IMG/VR virus record: IMGVR_UViG_3300032327_000348
Location: 47,935 to 111,934 of that record
Strand: one strand, 5' to 3'
Length of the DNA: 64,000 nucleotides
Source: a virus
Taxonomy: Duplodnaviria > Caudoviricetes
Shown one piece after another: positions 50,101 through 57,100 of the stretch; positions within the stretch are counted from its first letter, which is position 1, and the number at the start of each line of letters is the position of its first letter. The notes beneath the pieces are model-generated. The model saw only the letters and a program-made list of their open reading frames with translations, was not told the DNA's origin and ran no database searches. The position numbers and the translations under genes were made by a program.

Positions 50101-50244
50101 AAACTTACTTCCAATATACCCTTGAATACGCATAGTATTCGGCTGGGATACAATTTGGTCTAACGTGGCCCCTAAAAATTGTGCATTAGTAGGGGTTCTG
50201 AATACCTCAGGTAAAAAATTTAAAGTTCTAATTCTTGCTGCCAT
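32104..50244 (-). CDS. Giant 6046-aa virion protein (baseplate wedge or fibre scaffold)
   Basis: Uninterrupted 18.1-kb ORF after the gp6-like gene. Contains FG-GAP-like and BNR-like propeller motifs and about 12 copies of a PV.F.G..FGG....YY(V/I) module. Confidence 0.8.
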   Translation of the reverse strand: MAARIRTLNFLPEVFRTPTNAQFLGATLDQIVSQPNTMRIQGYIGSKFGYGINAKDKYVVEPTKIRTDYQLDPGVVFTKTNTATATDFITYPGIIDALKLNGGITNNNDRLFNSQFYSWDPFVDLDKLINFNQYYWLPSGPPSVTVATDIVYNVQDYNVKDDPNAYTISSDINPNGSANPTLTLIRGGSYTFTVNQNSPFWIQGQPGVTGYDPNQPNVLTRDVLGVNNNGAESGIVEFTVPYKNAQDEYNFPGNNLVDVVSSAPFDAIEGRLLSDVVDIDGVTALDGLTLMFYNTGVIDEIGFVGQYYDTTEYDQDGGDAYVYPGSSANDNNYEGGYYTNVSATFYRITYVGDPTNPVIKLIPDSEIPTNQKITANYGIQWKARNFYRNIQGNINIVPYLSSLLDILYYQDGTVPNKVGIIRLINSNKTNQINVLEILGKKNYTSPNGVVFTNGLKVTFDGDIYPTSYLTGEYYVQGVGTAIELVNTQDLIVPEPFTEGTYNPWDTLPYDIGNYDVTLYIPVRQDYITISRNSIDKNPWSRSNRWFHIDVINATATYNNDPNINTVYATQDNKAKRPIIEFYPNLKLFDNCIVGKQPVDFFDVRTTDAFTQVAGQYNYYPDVEVYTSALATIANANSSTSTTISVPASSIGAGTFQIGQFITDSAGLLPNNSQITDVTGSTTLTITVGWNSPTTFTGASNISLVANDISNDNYALYDGARIIFSADTNVNVKNKIYVVRLSSISGSTPIITLTEADDGLVLENEGTVTYKGYYNQGKDFYYYFNNDPEVLANQWQEGQQKITVNQAPLFDVFDKDGISFGDKELYTGSSFKGNKLFSFGIGSGINDIVLGFPLRYSSVNNVGDISFDVPLNSAEFNYVRGSTPITQKVNTGYVHNYSDLNTRTRELGWQTAVAESRQYQIFSFNYVAGSGTFIYTCDVAAATDTVWPNIQVYLNNVLQDTTNYTYIIDSNSTVINFVVPEVNVDTVIEIAILSDQVSKTAYYQIPDNLQNNPFNTDITTANVGDIRNQYQSIFYNNPNTTGVVFGSNNYRDLGNLVPWGNKIIQNSASLVLPATFLRKPGVNLTDALQYNSNQYILFKTLLVDTVNKTEYNVYQSPATMLDDALDQITISKTDTAPFFWSDMLPNKSPYVTNSYTFANSLDVSRYPLSRIYNFSTSNYYGVLVYLTRTLNNYTSITQLVSGVDYTISTTSPSLTVETDLLPNDIITVKEYYQTYGSYVPNTPTKLGLYPSFIPEVILDDNYTNPTYFIRGHDGSYTKLYGEYIDGNLIDFRDKVLFEFETRIYNNLKLSNIIPIRDYDVVPGFFRTTDYSYDEFLSIYSQFFLNWVGQNRVEYKLHTGYTSTNQFSYNYNQSGNKINNAQIPQGYWRGIYQYFYDTSQPDIAPWEMIGFTDQPTWWETRYGPAPYTSDNLVLWGDLAAGINWNNGDPVVVAQCVRPQLLEVLPVDSQGNLVSPFDSIVGNYNDRSFRNDWKVGDVSPTEFAYRRSSTWPFDLMKIMELTKPAKFYNLGVDVDNYKYNEEFNQFLVNDRTHLIISDVELYGNGIAKTSYINWIIDYEKQVGIDSTQTTTDLLDNLDVRLIYRVAGFTDKTLVNFYVEKGTPNSNNASLLIPAESLDILLYDNTPFNKIIYSSIIVQNSGSGWKVFGNSQNKAYFTVSKPKINGNYNLVRVENESVQVAKDYFENSEILVPYGTEFVSKQDLAQFIGSYGNYLTTQGVLFDQIESGLDINWNQMVAEYLYWTLSGWGQGSLINLNPAANLITIQKDSCVVQPLTLQRQNFILNQNLYPIQSVDLSVVRDDTLFSAKPLNEGDTVAYGQFNISNFEHGIVFNNVTLFNDIIYNLVTGLRQTRIIARGTKTADWNGTIDAQGFILNQDNIQEWNNITKYTKGVIVKYKNKYWVSLKVLEPSMTFDGRYWKETDYNEIQKGLLPNSSTRSYESILYYNTNTPNLSKDADLLSWSLIGYRPRDYMALADLTDITQVNVYKNLIEEKGTRIAAKNFKGINLSQGGIDYDIYDNWAIKTGEFGGVLDNNFVDFRLNQNELTGNPAIVGLSNGTFTDGVQQEVPLYSIFNYGRPITNPNVLPTFTTNVPNTLFPDSGYVNFNDITTYGYYYNDLNLAQTPLSQLYVGEYVWVADYNGTWQVYTPISNGNLIQVINNLNGSVTLQFAEPHNLTKYQTIAIINFNDAVNGYRIVQSVVDNYRVTVALSLVSTLPKLTGNGIVMRFESQRVSQPSDIINLPLLNTEFVKNKVWVDTNTDGDWAVYRKDINYQFDLELLKTGSETFGSAVATTSDLGYLVCDSDLGVAYRYTYNPVFDRYDLVQTLTGSTSFGSSIGYAGVTFAISQPTGILLADRKVKIYSLITTNEVNELQLLQTIQAPTGITNWGTKTELSGDENWLFIGAYEQNQCYVYRKSQITGLYEYSTVITLSDLTTDDNFSFSIATNYYGNTIVVGAPSVDSGIINNTGASYVFERLMQNFEVRFTSQPFVPQPFDLAFTPGTRISTGTSISSNAITLSSVQGLSDGVNGTPVIFTGNVFGSIALDQVYYVKSIVGSTITLSLTRNGPTLSLTNSSGTMSMVAQTEPIYVSVNGTLIDDNNYATNGSTLSVYQSLNAGDILTVSGSTFVLIQQFIAPGALTIGQQYGYSADLDTYGNELLIGSPFQINTENKEGAIYRYTDGGGSYGVIRGVIDCQVTSASTILLNGYAVTVPVGNASTVAAAIAAANITNITATAIDNKLIISLINIDLATINDKLDIATLSGNTMYELGISKYTLTQTITDPHPAGRTQFGTVIKFNDNGSFITSAPASARYEATTFDLTDDDNYNNDLLFDNNTTQFIDIARNAGAVYMFDYVENYNESLTNVGQFIYAQSVNALNSNYGSQPYYGTALDFNDNTVIVGTPNFRPGYNNGQAIIYTNATGQTNWSVYRQSETTVDINGIQNAQLYSASTNNTLINLDYFDPLQGKILGVVAENLDIISNADPASYNSPNVTESSASVWGSKQVGKLWFNTSTTKFVNYHQNDDVVYNSKWWGRVFPGSQVTIYSWITSNVVPAEYAGTGTPLSITDYSIEYVLNSTGAITPVYFYWVRNTNIVFNQIGKTLSDTICEAYITSPQASGIAYFSPIQSDVMGLYNTDEYVNSTDTVMHIGFATGTNDDVSHSIYSLIRSNYPDDFLPGLPAATNLPPLSLYDRMLDSLSGVDESGAIVPDPYLPKPVQSGILVRPRQGFFYSRFGALKNYLTLANQELAKIPFTETQSSKFLYTTGPINPSTGLPFYETTDYWEYVNWWATGYNDNTKSAMLVESYYQLATINAQNGLIVTVNKNGAGFQETYRYDSTLSTWVRIGLQNGTIQFKSSLWDYGTARLGFGDNFFDTTPFDTYPSEETRSITRFLNEELPGEIFYFRNQGLILLFNYIMSETIESQNYLPWLNKTSFIDVAHTIRELLPLEVFQSDNQEFLAGYINEVKPYHVVVKDFLFKYTGTALWAGDITDFDLPAQYNTSLQQYITPQLVNANPSSDNQYLPTDNIWQDPAYNNWFNNYGVSITGVNGYPITTLASYLTLNSNSMAVDNIYGFPINGVIKIYDPMDPETDLGKKAYELIAYSSVDRAYGTLNGLTRGVNETPISNHLPGQQIYIDLPAVLVLNGGRGYANPPKVTAYIDTSIYPAPRTEAILQPVMNLDQLLRIDVIDPGDGYVVLPEIIIEPSSVITFPSIDVDVTNNTIAIQNQLIQTGDLIKYYVGNDTTAIGGVTNKQYYYVNVLESVPTYVVALYTSYADALKDHNRVVFLNAGSGVNNNLAISARASCVTNSLPIRENITTLRYDRTTYTSQITDWTSGNFYGSFYAGQFENTEQVASSSLSLESSQPNIDTVLASAQGATFEIQNIRNDEVINWSSRTRDITSINTATNVITLTPPSSTETNASGSTIGFYIGMPVKFSGSVTGNIVIGTTYYITELLSETEFKINLSMSGTTVLPAGLTMIVGEVSNNAVVTIQYPGILATTNTEKTTNFVKIPLNSSGICGTTGFYTGVPIFFTGDVFGGVIENENYYVTTVIDNQTFTMSSTNTPTVLTVEATEDSGDYVVLSEIGDLDINTPVIITGAVFGGIVSGQLYYVASINYSASKITLSTSINGGVITLTSATGTATLTSQQDVVQLTTDTGIMYCNVGLPISPGQINGQQFTFYGTSGKYTNSGAGYSGTNSNLIDRSTVATVSGSNYLYLGSLSGGTTNIYINMPFRLSASTGGLTAGTTYYIKSLGVITTEVTSSNTGTEEYTCANTTGFYEGMPVSFTGGVFGGVVEFVTYYIKSVVSSTKFTISETPGGATFNLTGDNGSMTLTADNPFVTVSATIGGSVVSLTDNFSATSTLTQYPTSTPTFFINYKAGGYSVTINTAGSGFAYNNNITIAGSNVGGTTGINDIVINVSGINEPGLNYNPSLSYGAITSTIISGTPPGLNEKYYLKVISPTELEVYFNPLLTVPVNGNTLGAIYTGVKSTTVTAVTASNDRLTVTSSDEFELNDPVVFTGNVYEELTLGQTYYIKSKPTATTVTISTTIGGSTLNFTGTTTGLSFTMAKSGDYVFLPEPFYFNQSIVRYNNRLYQCIVSNNDTEFVIGKWELLDSGDRRLNELDRIIGYYNPTVNMPGRDLTQLVTGITYPGSVYMDNAFPPTEEFLLDTELQDQPFYPATINNMSVLWDGTKYISISTSPTYSALITSATGDNWLLTKLSNNPVSLTDIYYNGTRYVITTNNSATPIYTSTNGLVYTTGPSLIVPSNSLNTVSSNGGVWVAVGENVITSTDTITWLETYKLSNTGYFADVVYTTAGFTGWLIIGNQTVNGVEQTIILRSTDNGITWNIINENITTVITSAYVNAITTSDSLVAIVGNNGQIFTSTDGSQTNIEQISGTSENLVDIVYGNGKFIAVGNNGTILTSSNGSSWTTETSTTTNNLNSVSYNETVDEFIIVGDNNTILISSGSDVTTWTPKALFIQEEPVYTVQGDSFTEGYGPEELVPGVVTDNLTMIVTTRPGTNWDVGQYGHTGFLVVSAEITPSYPQTEYSFLNVVQNPAFIAVYDIDPSTSLSRRIYETYDYTVNWVLKTITLNDTLAPNHILGIDLYEVGNGDQLQRSNSQTVPFIDNTDTGFVEIVLSCNYSANKFNGNGLIRPGTEPIQIECTRTEETIDTITCVDVSNLTLNQPIQFQGLVFGGIELDQTYYIKTISYVNNKITISLPPLISGIAGPTYPLTNATGSMQLIKQLGTGIVWTDPLVTHNGNKLTLGESGVVTQTKSFTNSIVVNTAITIDINDPIVFSDYIFGGLLPHTTYYVNSIVDSNEFTVSSTLGGSIESLTDATGFASFITNDFAISQADIGPTAKLMFANNYTQSDDFVTFAVLGETSPIQYGYSIPTTQLYVSLGGETQLLLTNYIGGTNPENAIVEVNGLRLTNQSQYTIDLFTQTLYLTNSLTDGDILAVTTYNSTERQYLNTTLGGTYRVSNIVAINNDITSPSGVTNVTGSTVPYTLTAISTSGFISASSGTYQPIIFKNSTGEPGAGGVLTDGTVYWVDTVINDTDFTISETPGGAAFVVDGSSDIMIAYAGGNPTTTITTGVPHNLQQNEVVRIDGLTGAEQLNNNTYYAHIITDTEIGLYLSPYLPENYQNNNPVTGVSNWSSEGYVWLDKQFTLISATAISSSAVDNTITVRSLENIVIDTPVYFSGTVFGGIVEGTKYFIKSIDYVYNKITLSTTYQGSTLSITTYTGDDTMGVAMWEQINVDRIWVTVNGYRVPSSALYLNPNNNLSILTTIVPGDLVVITNMIPTSTPDELTYINNVNQSNVPNVYRATTLNTTWLTEPLSYTDDVIYVEDVTKITTNVVQNETVPAIANGVYTIGLDADKRIISQVIVVNNTTSTTLPNSAYSVQIVNTAPVVEITSDVSTGDSVTITVILGNLIYVDGEQIKFTTVNFNENSLSGLQRGSNGTGERYYIPAYEKVYGILSTNRLPQVNYNLTWNSYNYNPTLGDPLQISNTTAANFLNAEF

Positions 50245-50268
50245 TATAACTCTCTAGTTGTTATATAC

Positions 50269-53200
50269 TTATCTTATTTGTAATTGCACTGGTGTCAAGG
50301 CTGCAATTACCACTACATCATTCGCTGTTGCACCATTAACAAAAATTTCAAATGGTGCTGATTTAATTTCATACAAATCACCAAACGACATAGTAGGATC
50401 ATTGGGTACTAACACGATTGAACTTGCCAAATCTCCTAATTGTGCATGTAAGTATGCGCTTAACTCTGAGAAATAAAATGTGTCACCAAAACTCCAATTA
50501 TTAATATTGAAATAACTATTCATTGCAGATAATACCGCACTACGAATTTCGCTATTACTTACACTAATATTTGGTGATGGAATAACTTTAATGGTTCCTC
50601 TTAATTGTTCAGGTGCTTTAGAACCAAACAAAGGTACAAAACGAACGCTATTCATTATTACACTGTCAGTTAACATTTTGTAATCATCAATACGACCATA
50701 TGCTTGTTGTAGTTCATTAATGGTAGGTACTGCAGGTTTAGGAACTGTATTTGTTGTATCCTGTATCCAGTTTTGATATTCAGTATAATATGCCTGCGTT
50801 ACCAAATATAAATCAATAATGTTTGTAGTTGCGGGATCAATGCGTGTTGTATTATTACTGTTATGTTTATACTGGAACTGTAAACCCTGGCGACCCGGTT
50901 GCATCGAATATTGTGTTTGAGGAGTAACAATATAATAAGGAGTTGTTACAGTAGTATCTTGAACTGTTGTATAAAATGCATTTTCACTATATGCATAAAA
51001 CAATTGGCCCAATGGGTATTCATACTTAATAACTTCAATTGCAGAATTATTTGGATATTGATAGGCAATATTAGATGAATCAATTAATTGATATCGTGAC
51101 AGATTAACTGCATCTTGAATTAATTCAAAGAATGAATATATACCAATATTAGATGACCCTGTTACATAACCAGTAACCGTTTGAAAGAAATCAGGATCAA
51201 GAATAATTTCCGTATTGTTAACATCTATACTAGCAACTTCTACTTCAAAGTCATTAACATAACCGTCACTTTCTACAGTCTGTCCAATTACAGAAACATC
51301 AACTGGTTTAGATAATGGATAGTTACTACTAGGTTGAGTATTTGTTGCTAATACTTTAATATTGTCTGCTAAAATTTTACCAGTAAACGGATCATACACT
51401 AGTTTACCTGTTTCATACCAAAATCTTGTATCTGCTACACTACCAAAATAATAACGCAATGATCTATAGTAAATTCTATAAGTATTATTTCCTGTACTTT
51501 CAAAATTAACAAACCAATTATTGGCATTATAGTTTTCAACTGACCAGCGATTTTGAGTCACCAGTAATGAATTATTAAAAACTAAACTAAAATTTTGATT
51601 CAATTCCATTCTTGTAATACACTCTTGTAGTACAAGATTTGGTAATGTGTTACTGAATGCAGGTATTACTTGCGTGATAATTGCACCAGTGGGAATATAA
51701 CCGTTTAACGTTACTGGTCCAGTACCATTACTAAAATTACCTTGACCATTATTATAACCATCTCCAATCACCGCTAATGTAGTAGTCCAGTAACTGGTAG
51801 TGTCAGACGGGCTTGCAATACCCGCAACAAGTCTATTATTATTATCAAAATAATAACCACTAGGTGCTGTTACTTTTATCATTGCACCTTTAGTAATATA
51901 CTTTACATTATTTGTTGAATATGTACCTATTGCAACTGGAATATTTGTTGATCCAGATATATTATAAAAATAACCAGTTATACTATTGGCATTAACTGTA
52001 CTAGTGTTCCAATATAAAGTACCATCGCCTGTTGTAGTGTTTATATTATATCTAGTATAATTTTGCAAATAATATTGTTTTGCTCTTGTATCTGACAACG
52101 CTACTGCTAAATTATCAGTTAAAAACTGAATAATATCGCCTGTATTGGTTATAGTTAATAACAACCAACCATCGATGCTGTTTTGATACATTCCACCATC
52201 ATTGGCAAATGAATTAGAGCTAGAGTATTTTCCAGTGGGGTCTAACAAATCTAAATTTTTAGAAACTCCCACTGAGCTACGGTTAATGGCTTTACTTTTA
52301 ATAATTGAATTATATAATGTATATGGGAAGTTATTATAATCTTCCCCATTGACCATTCTATTTTGAGTATAATAGCGGGCAGGGGCACGTAGTTTAATGT
52401 TGGCTAATGTTTCTCTAGCTTGCGCTGTTGAAACTGTTGATTGTAATTCTAGTCCTATGGTAAGTGCTTCTGTTCTACCTGTTCTACTTATATACTGAAA
52501 TGTAATTTGAATGCCTTGCATCTCAGAAGGGTTAATTGTATATGTAAGTGCATTACCTGCACGAACATATGCTCTAAAAGTTCCAACTGGTGCTTCAGAA
52601 AATACTCCATCTCCAAATGTATAACTAACTTGGTCATTAAATCGTGACACAACTGAAAATACTTTTTTATCACTATTTTCGGTTTGAAGTTGTGCATTAG
52701 CATACACACTTTCTACTTGTTTCCACAATGTTCTTCCACCATTGTTAGTGTTTAATTGATATAACCAAGTATCAGTGTTATTGATACCTTGAATATCAAT
52801 ATCTACAACTTGGTTACTAATTTGTTGTGCTAAATTAAAATCATAGGCTTGTAATGCACCTTGCTTAAAATAGAAAAAGAAACCTGTATTAGGACTACCG
52901 TAACCTAACTTATCATTACGATATACCATATTGAAACGACCACTAGGGGCAGGTGGTATTTCATAAACATAATCTTCATTTACACTAGTAACTGAAACTA
53001 ATTCAAAGTTCATGTTGATAGTATCAACTGTAGAATTAAAAGATGCAATTGGTAAATTATTAGGTGGAATATTAATACTGTATTCATCAGTTTTAACACC
53101 TAGTAATACAGCAGAGTTACCGGGCCGACCAACACGCTGGCTATTCACTAGTGTAGCATTAATGATTGTATTGAACTGTTCCAACCAATTAATATTTGCA

Positions 53201-53640
53201 GGATCATTCCAAAGAATGATTTGGTTACTTAAGTTGAAACCATTCATATCGGTTATATTTTCGGTGGTACGAATATTTGTAACTTTGATATACCCTTGTC
53301 CTGTATCATTTCTTTTTGGATTATAACTTACTAAGTTAGCCAATTTAATAACACTATCACGGCGTTCGGCAGTGTCAATAAAGTTTTCACGGGTGTTTAA
53401 GTCATTACGGAATGATAAACCCTGCCCCATAAACGCCATAACGTCCATGAGAGCAATAAATTCTGAACTATCAATATAGTCATTGAATGTTTCAGGATAG
53501 TATGCTCGTAGATAATCAATGAAACTCTTACGCAGGGTCTCATAGTCATAACTTCTAAAGTCGGCTTCACGGAACGTTTGGTAGATTGCTTGCCAATCGT
53601 TGACGCCGAATAATGCTGATTGTCTTGAACTTGTGGCCAT
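50269..53640 (-). CDS. Baseplate wedge subunit, T4 gp6-like
   Basis: DYETLRKSF..YL..ETFNDY..SSEF, ENFIDTAERRDSV..LA..SYNPKR, FGDG, QNRMVNGEDY. Confidence 0.85.
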   Translation of the reverse strand: MATSSRQSALFGVNDWQAIYQTFREADFRSYDYETLRKSFIDYLRAYYPETFNDYIDSSEFIALMDVMAFMGQGLSFRNDLNTRENFIDTAERRDSVIKLANLVSYNPKRNDTGQGYIKVTNIRTTENITDMNGFNLSNQIILWNDPANINWLEQFNTIINATLVNSQRVGRPGNSAVLLGVKTDEYSINIPPNNLPIASFNSTVDTINMNFELVSVTSVNEDYVYEIPPAPSGRFNMVYRNDKLGYGSPNTGFFFYFKQGALQAYDFNLAQQISNQVVDIDIQGINNTDTWLYQLNTNNGGRTLWKQVESVYANAQLQTENSDKKVFSVVSRFNDQVSYTFGDGVFSEAPVGTFRAYVRAGNALTYTINPSEMQGIQITFQYISRTGRTEALTIGLELQSTVSTAQARETLANIKLRAPARYYTQNRMVNGEDYNNFPYTLYNSIIKSKAINRSSVGVSKNLDLLDPTGKYSSSNSFANDGGMYQNSIDGWLLLTITNTGDIIQFLTDNLAVALSDTRAKQYYLQNYTRYNINTTTGDGTLYWNTSTVNANSITGYFYNISGSTNIPVAIGTYSTNNVKYITKGAMIKVTAPSGYYFDNNNRLVAGIASPSDTTSYWTTTLAVIGDGYNNGQGNFSNGTGPVTLNGYIPTGAIITQVIPAFSNTLPNLVLQECITRMELNQNFSLVFNNSLLVTQNRWSVENYNANNWFVNFESTGNNTYRIYYRSLRYYFGSVADTRFWYETGKLVYDPFTGKILADNIKVLATNTQPSSNYPLSKPVDVSVIGQTVESDGYVNDFEVEVASIDVNNTEIILDPDFFQTVTGYVTGSSNIGIYSFFELIQDAVNLSRYQLIDSSNIAYQYPNNSAIEVIKYEYPLGQLFYAYSENAFYTTVQDTTVTTPYYIVTPQTQYSMQPGRQGLQFQYKHNSNNTTRIDPATTNIIDLYLVTQAYYTEYQNWIQDTTNTVPKPAVPTINELQQAYGRIDDYKMLTDSVIMNSVRFVPLFGSKAPEQLRGTIKVIPSPNISVSNSEIRSAVLSAMNSYFNINNWSFGDTFYFSELSAYLHAQLGDLASSIVLVPNDPTMSFGDLYEIKSAPFEIFVNGATANDVVVIAALTPVQLQIR

Positions 53641-53657
53641 AGTTGTTCTCTTTTAAG

Positions 53658-53663
53658 TATTTA
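53658..53663 (-). promoter_or_regulatory. Late-type promoter motif TAAATA
   Basis: GATAAATA upstream of the gp6-like gene. Confidence 0.6.
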
Positions 53664-53685
53664 TCTTAACTGAAAACACCGGTTT

Positions 53686-54138
53686 TTATGGTCTAAGAAC
53701 AGCTTGGTTAGTTATATTATTGAAAAATACATTAACTATGGTAGCATCATTGAATGGTTGAATAGCAACTTCCACTTCTAAAAGTATACCATTATCTTGT
53801 ACAAATGATTTTACAGAATTTAACAAAATTCTAGGGTCTGCACTGGCTACACGTTGTATTTCTGTTTGAATTCTAAATTGTGTATCAGCATCATTAGGTT
53901 CAAATATATAAGACCATATATCTGTTCCATATCCAGGTTGCCCTACTTTTTCACCTTTATTAATATTAAGTGCATTAATAAAGTCTCGTAATACCAATGG
54001 TCCATCAACCATTCTAAACTTTTTGCCTAAAATAATTGGATCTACCATACTACCGGTGCCACCGCCAGTACCGGTAGGTGCCCTAGTAGTTTTGGGTCTA
54101 TTAGCGTTAATTGTTGAAAAACCTATATATGTCGTCAT
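53686..54138 (-). CDS. Baseplate wedge/sheath initiator, T4 gp25-like
   Basis: KGEKVGQPGYGTDIWSYIFEP and DPRI motifs; lies between gp5-like and gp6-like genes; TAAATA at 54155-54160. Confidence 0.85.
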   Translation of the reverse strand: MTTYIGFSTINANRPKTTRAPTGTGGGTGSMVDPIILGKKFRMVDGPLVLRDFINALNINKGEKVGQPGYGTDIWSYIFEPNDADTQFRIQTEIQRVASADPRILLNSVKSFVQDNGILLEVEVAIQPFNDATIVNVFFNNITNQAVLRP

Positions 54139-54160
54139 GTTTTACTCTATTCTATATTTA

Positions 54161-57100
54161 TTAGACTTTTTCAGATAATATATCTACTTTTTTATTCAAT
54201 AAGTCATAACCTCGTAATTTAATTGCTCGTACTTCTTTTACTTTAGTATCGCCCTTTTCAAAGATAGATGCAAGTTGTGGGTCACCGGCTGGTAAATTAT
54301 TTTTTTCCTCACTATATTCAGTTTCAATAACTGCAAGCTCTGCTCTGGCAGTTTTAAGTTCTGCCATAACTGCATCAATCTCTATATCTACTGCTTTAAT
54401 TCTTTCATCTCTATTTTTTATTCGTTCTTGCAATGCAACAAGAGATGCAGATTGTCCTGTTGTTGCAGGATTGCCTGCATATGACGGCGGTGGTATTTTG
54501 GTATCACCAAGTACAGCGGTTGTTTGTGCATTAACAGTAGACCTGTCTACTGTGTTGGTACTAATTACAGGCAGTTTAATTGGTATAGCGCCGCCTGAAC
54601 TTAATGAACTAATTGCAGAGTTTAGTTCGGCTGCTGCCCCGGCCGGCAATCCAGCAGAAGCCAATGATTGTAATGATGCGCCGGGTCCTTTAAGTTTATC
54701 TAACAATCCAGAAGCCACATTACCCAATCCTCCACCTGAATTTAATGCAGAAGTTACTTGTCCTAGGGCCGTTGAAATACCTGCAGTTCCGGGTATTGCA
54801 TTTAAAGCACCTTTTGCATTGTCAACAATAGATGCTACTGCTTTTTGTGCTCCTGGTAGTGAACCAAGTCCACTAGATGAAGATCCGGGTGAAAACGCAG
54901 CCAATGACCTAGTAGCGGCACCTGTGACACTATTGACTGTAGTGGTCAATGCTTGTGCGCTGCCCGTCACTTGTCCTGCTGTATTTAATGATGCTTCAGT
55001 GGCAGTTGTTAAGTTTGTTACTGCACCGGTTGCACTATTAACTAGATCATTAACACTCTTGACTCCGTTAACCGCAGAAGAAGCGGCGCCTGACGCAATA
55101 GATGCTGCATTAGCTCCAGATGTATTGAATGCTGCCGCTGCCTTATCAGCACTGTTTTGCAGTTCGGTTCCCACTGCTTGTGCAGAGGCAGTTGCTTTTT
55201 CGGTAATCTGTTTAAGATTCTGCGGAACACCTGCTGTCAAGTTAGGGAATGAATTCTTAATTGCCGCAAACGCTGATCCTGCAATACCTTTAGCAGAATT
55301 CAATAAACTCTCCGCACCGCCTGTTAGATTTTGTGCCAATCCATTCAATGACCCTGCAATAGAATTCAATCCACCTGTTACCGTGCTTGCAAGATTACCT
55401 GCAAAGTTACCAGCATTTAATAGATTAGATGCACTACCCAATACTTTATTTGCGGCTCCACCTAATGCAGCAATTGGTCCTGTAATTGCTTGTCCTACAG
55501 TTCCGGCTGCAGATTTAATTGCGTTTACAGCGGCAGCCGGACCGGCTGTTGCGGCTGCGGTTACTGCACCAGCCAACTGACCGGCAGATTCTTTCCCAGT
55601 AATTATCCCTGCTTGAGTTAATTGTGTTTGTGCTGTTTGAAAGTTAGCAACTTGTGCGGCTACTTGAGCAGTTGGATTGTTTAAATAGTTTGTTAAGTTT
55701 TCTGCGCCTGGTTTACCTGTAAACATATTACTAGTCAATGCTTGTTGAACAGTTTTACCTCCTTGAATTAAGTTATTAACAAGTGCTCCTGCACCTTGTT
55801 TAATAACTCCTGCTGCTTCAAGTTGTTGAGGGGACTGCGCCATTTTGCCAATTGCCGCTACCTTATCTACTGCTCCGTTAACGGTACTAGTCACTACACC
55901 TGCACCGTTTTTAATTGCAGCCGCAACATTAGGAACAGATTGTGCAATTGTTGCCACTTGTCCTACCATAGCAGTTGTTGCGTTCTTATCTAGTGCTCCA
56001 CTTACTGCGCCGGTAACAGGAACAGTTGACGCTACACTAGCACTAACTGGCGCCGGCGGCGTAGTTGTCGTGTTGTTTGCTGCTTGCACTGCAGGTGAAG
56101 GATTACTTGGAAAATTAGCGTCAGCATTATTGTTAATTTTAACATCAACTCCTTGATTGGCAGATGCCCATGGTGCGTGTGCGGGTGCTCTGCTAACAAT
56201 ACTTAACAATGCAGCCGGGGCAGCTGCCCAACCCTTTTGACTATCATACAATGTATCAGTGTGTGCATTTGTTGGTATTGGTTTAACATCTTCAGGAGTA
56301 GTTGATGCTTCACCGGTATTTAAGTTTACTTTTTTACCATTAATGAATGTGTTATTGCTACTTGCAAAACTTGCTTCACCTGATGACTTTAAACTCATTG
56401 CACCTGTCGATTTCAATGTTGTTTTACCATTGACACTAGTAGCATAATCAGTACCAACTTTAACATTAGTTTTCTTATCACTATTTGTTGTAATGTTTTC
56501 AGCATAAATGTTTAAATCTTTTTTGGCATGCATATTGATATTGTTATCAGCATGTAAATTCAAATCGCCCTGTGTTCTAATGTTGACAGAGTTAGTGGAG
56601 TACATGTCAATTGTACCTTCTTTGCCTAACTCAATCCAACTTTGTCCGTTGGCATGAATGATATGTAGGCACTGACCATCGTCACTCATTAATATCTGAT
56701 GCCCTAAACTAGAACGGATGCGTACTAGTTGATCTCTACCAACTATATCACCGTCATCCATAACAAAGCTATGCCCGGCTCTACGGGCGATAACTTTTAA
56801 ATCACCTGAGGAATTTTCATTGGCAGCTGCATCAGCAATAGTTTCATCAGTGAAGCCACCTTCGTATATAGGTCTGCCAGGAGTATTAACACCCCAACCA
56901 ACACGACTTGGAGATTCACGCTGTGCGCTTGTACCTATAGTTCCTCTAATAGTATCTCTGATTAACCCCTGTTGATTTAATACGCTTGCAATATAACTAT
57001 GTACTGGTTTTGGTTCATTATAGAAGGTTGGTGATTCATTGATTTTTTCATTATTTTTATTAATGTTTGCTACTGGAAGTTTTTTTGCGCCGCCATAACT

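Noticed and set aside
54471-55580. 369-aa plus-strand ORF (also 61472..62059, 55845..56156, 35150..35704)
   Set aside because: Antisense shadows of low-complexity structural genes whose codons rarely give stops on the other strand.
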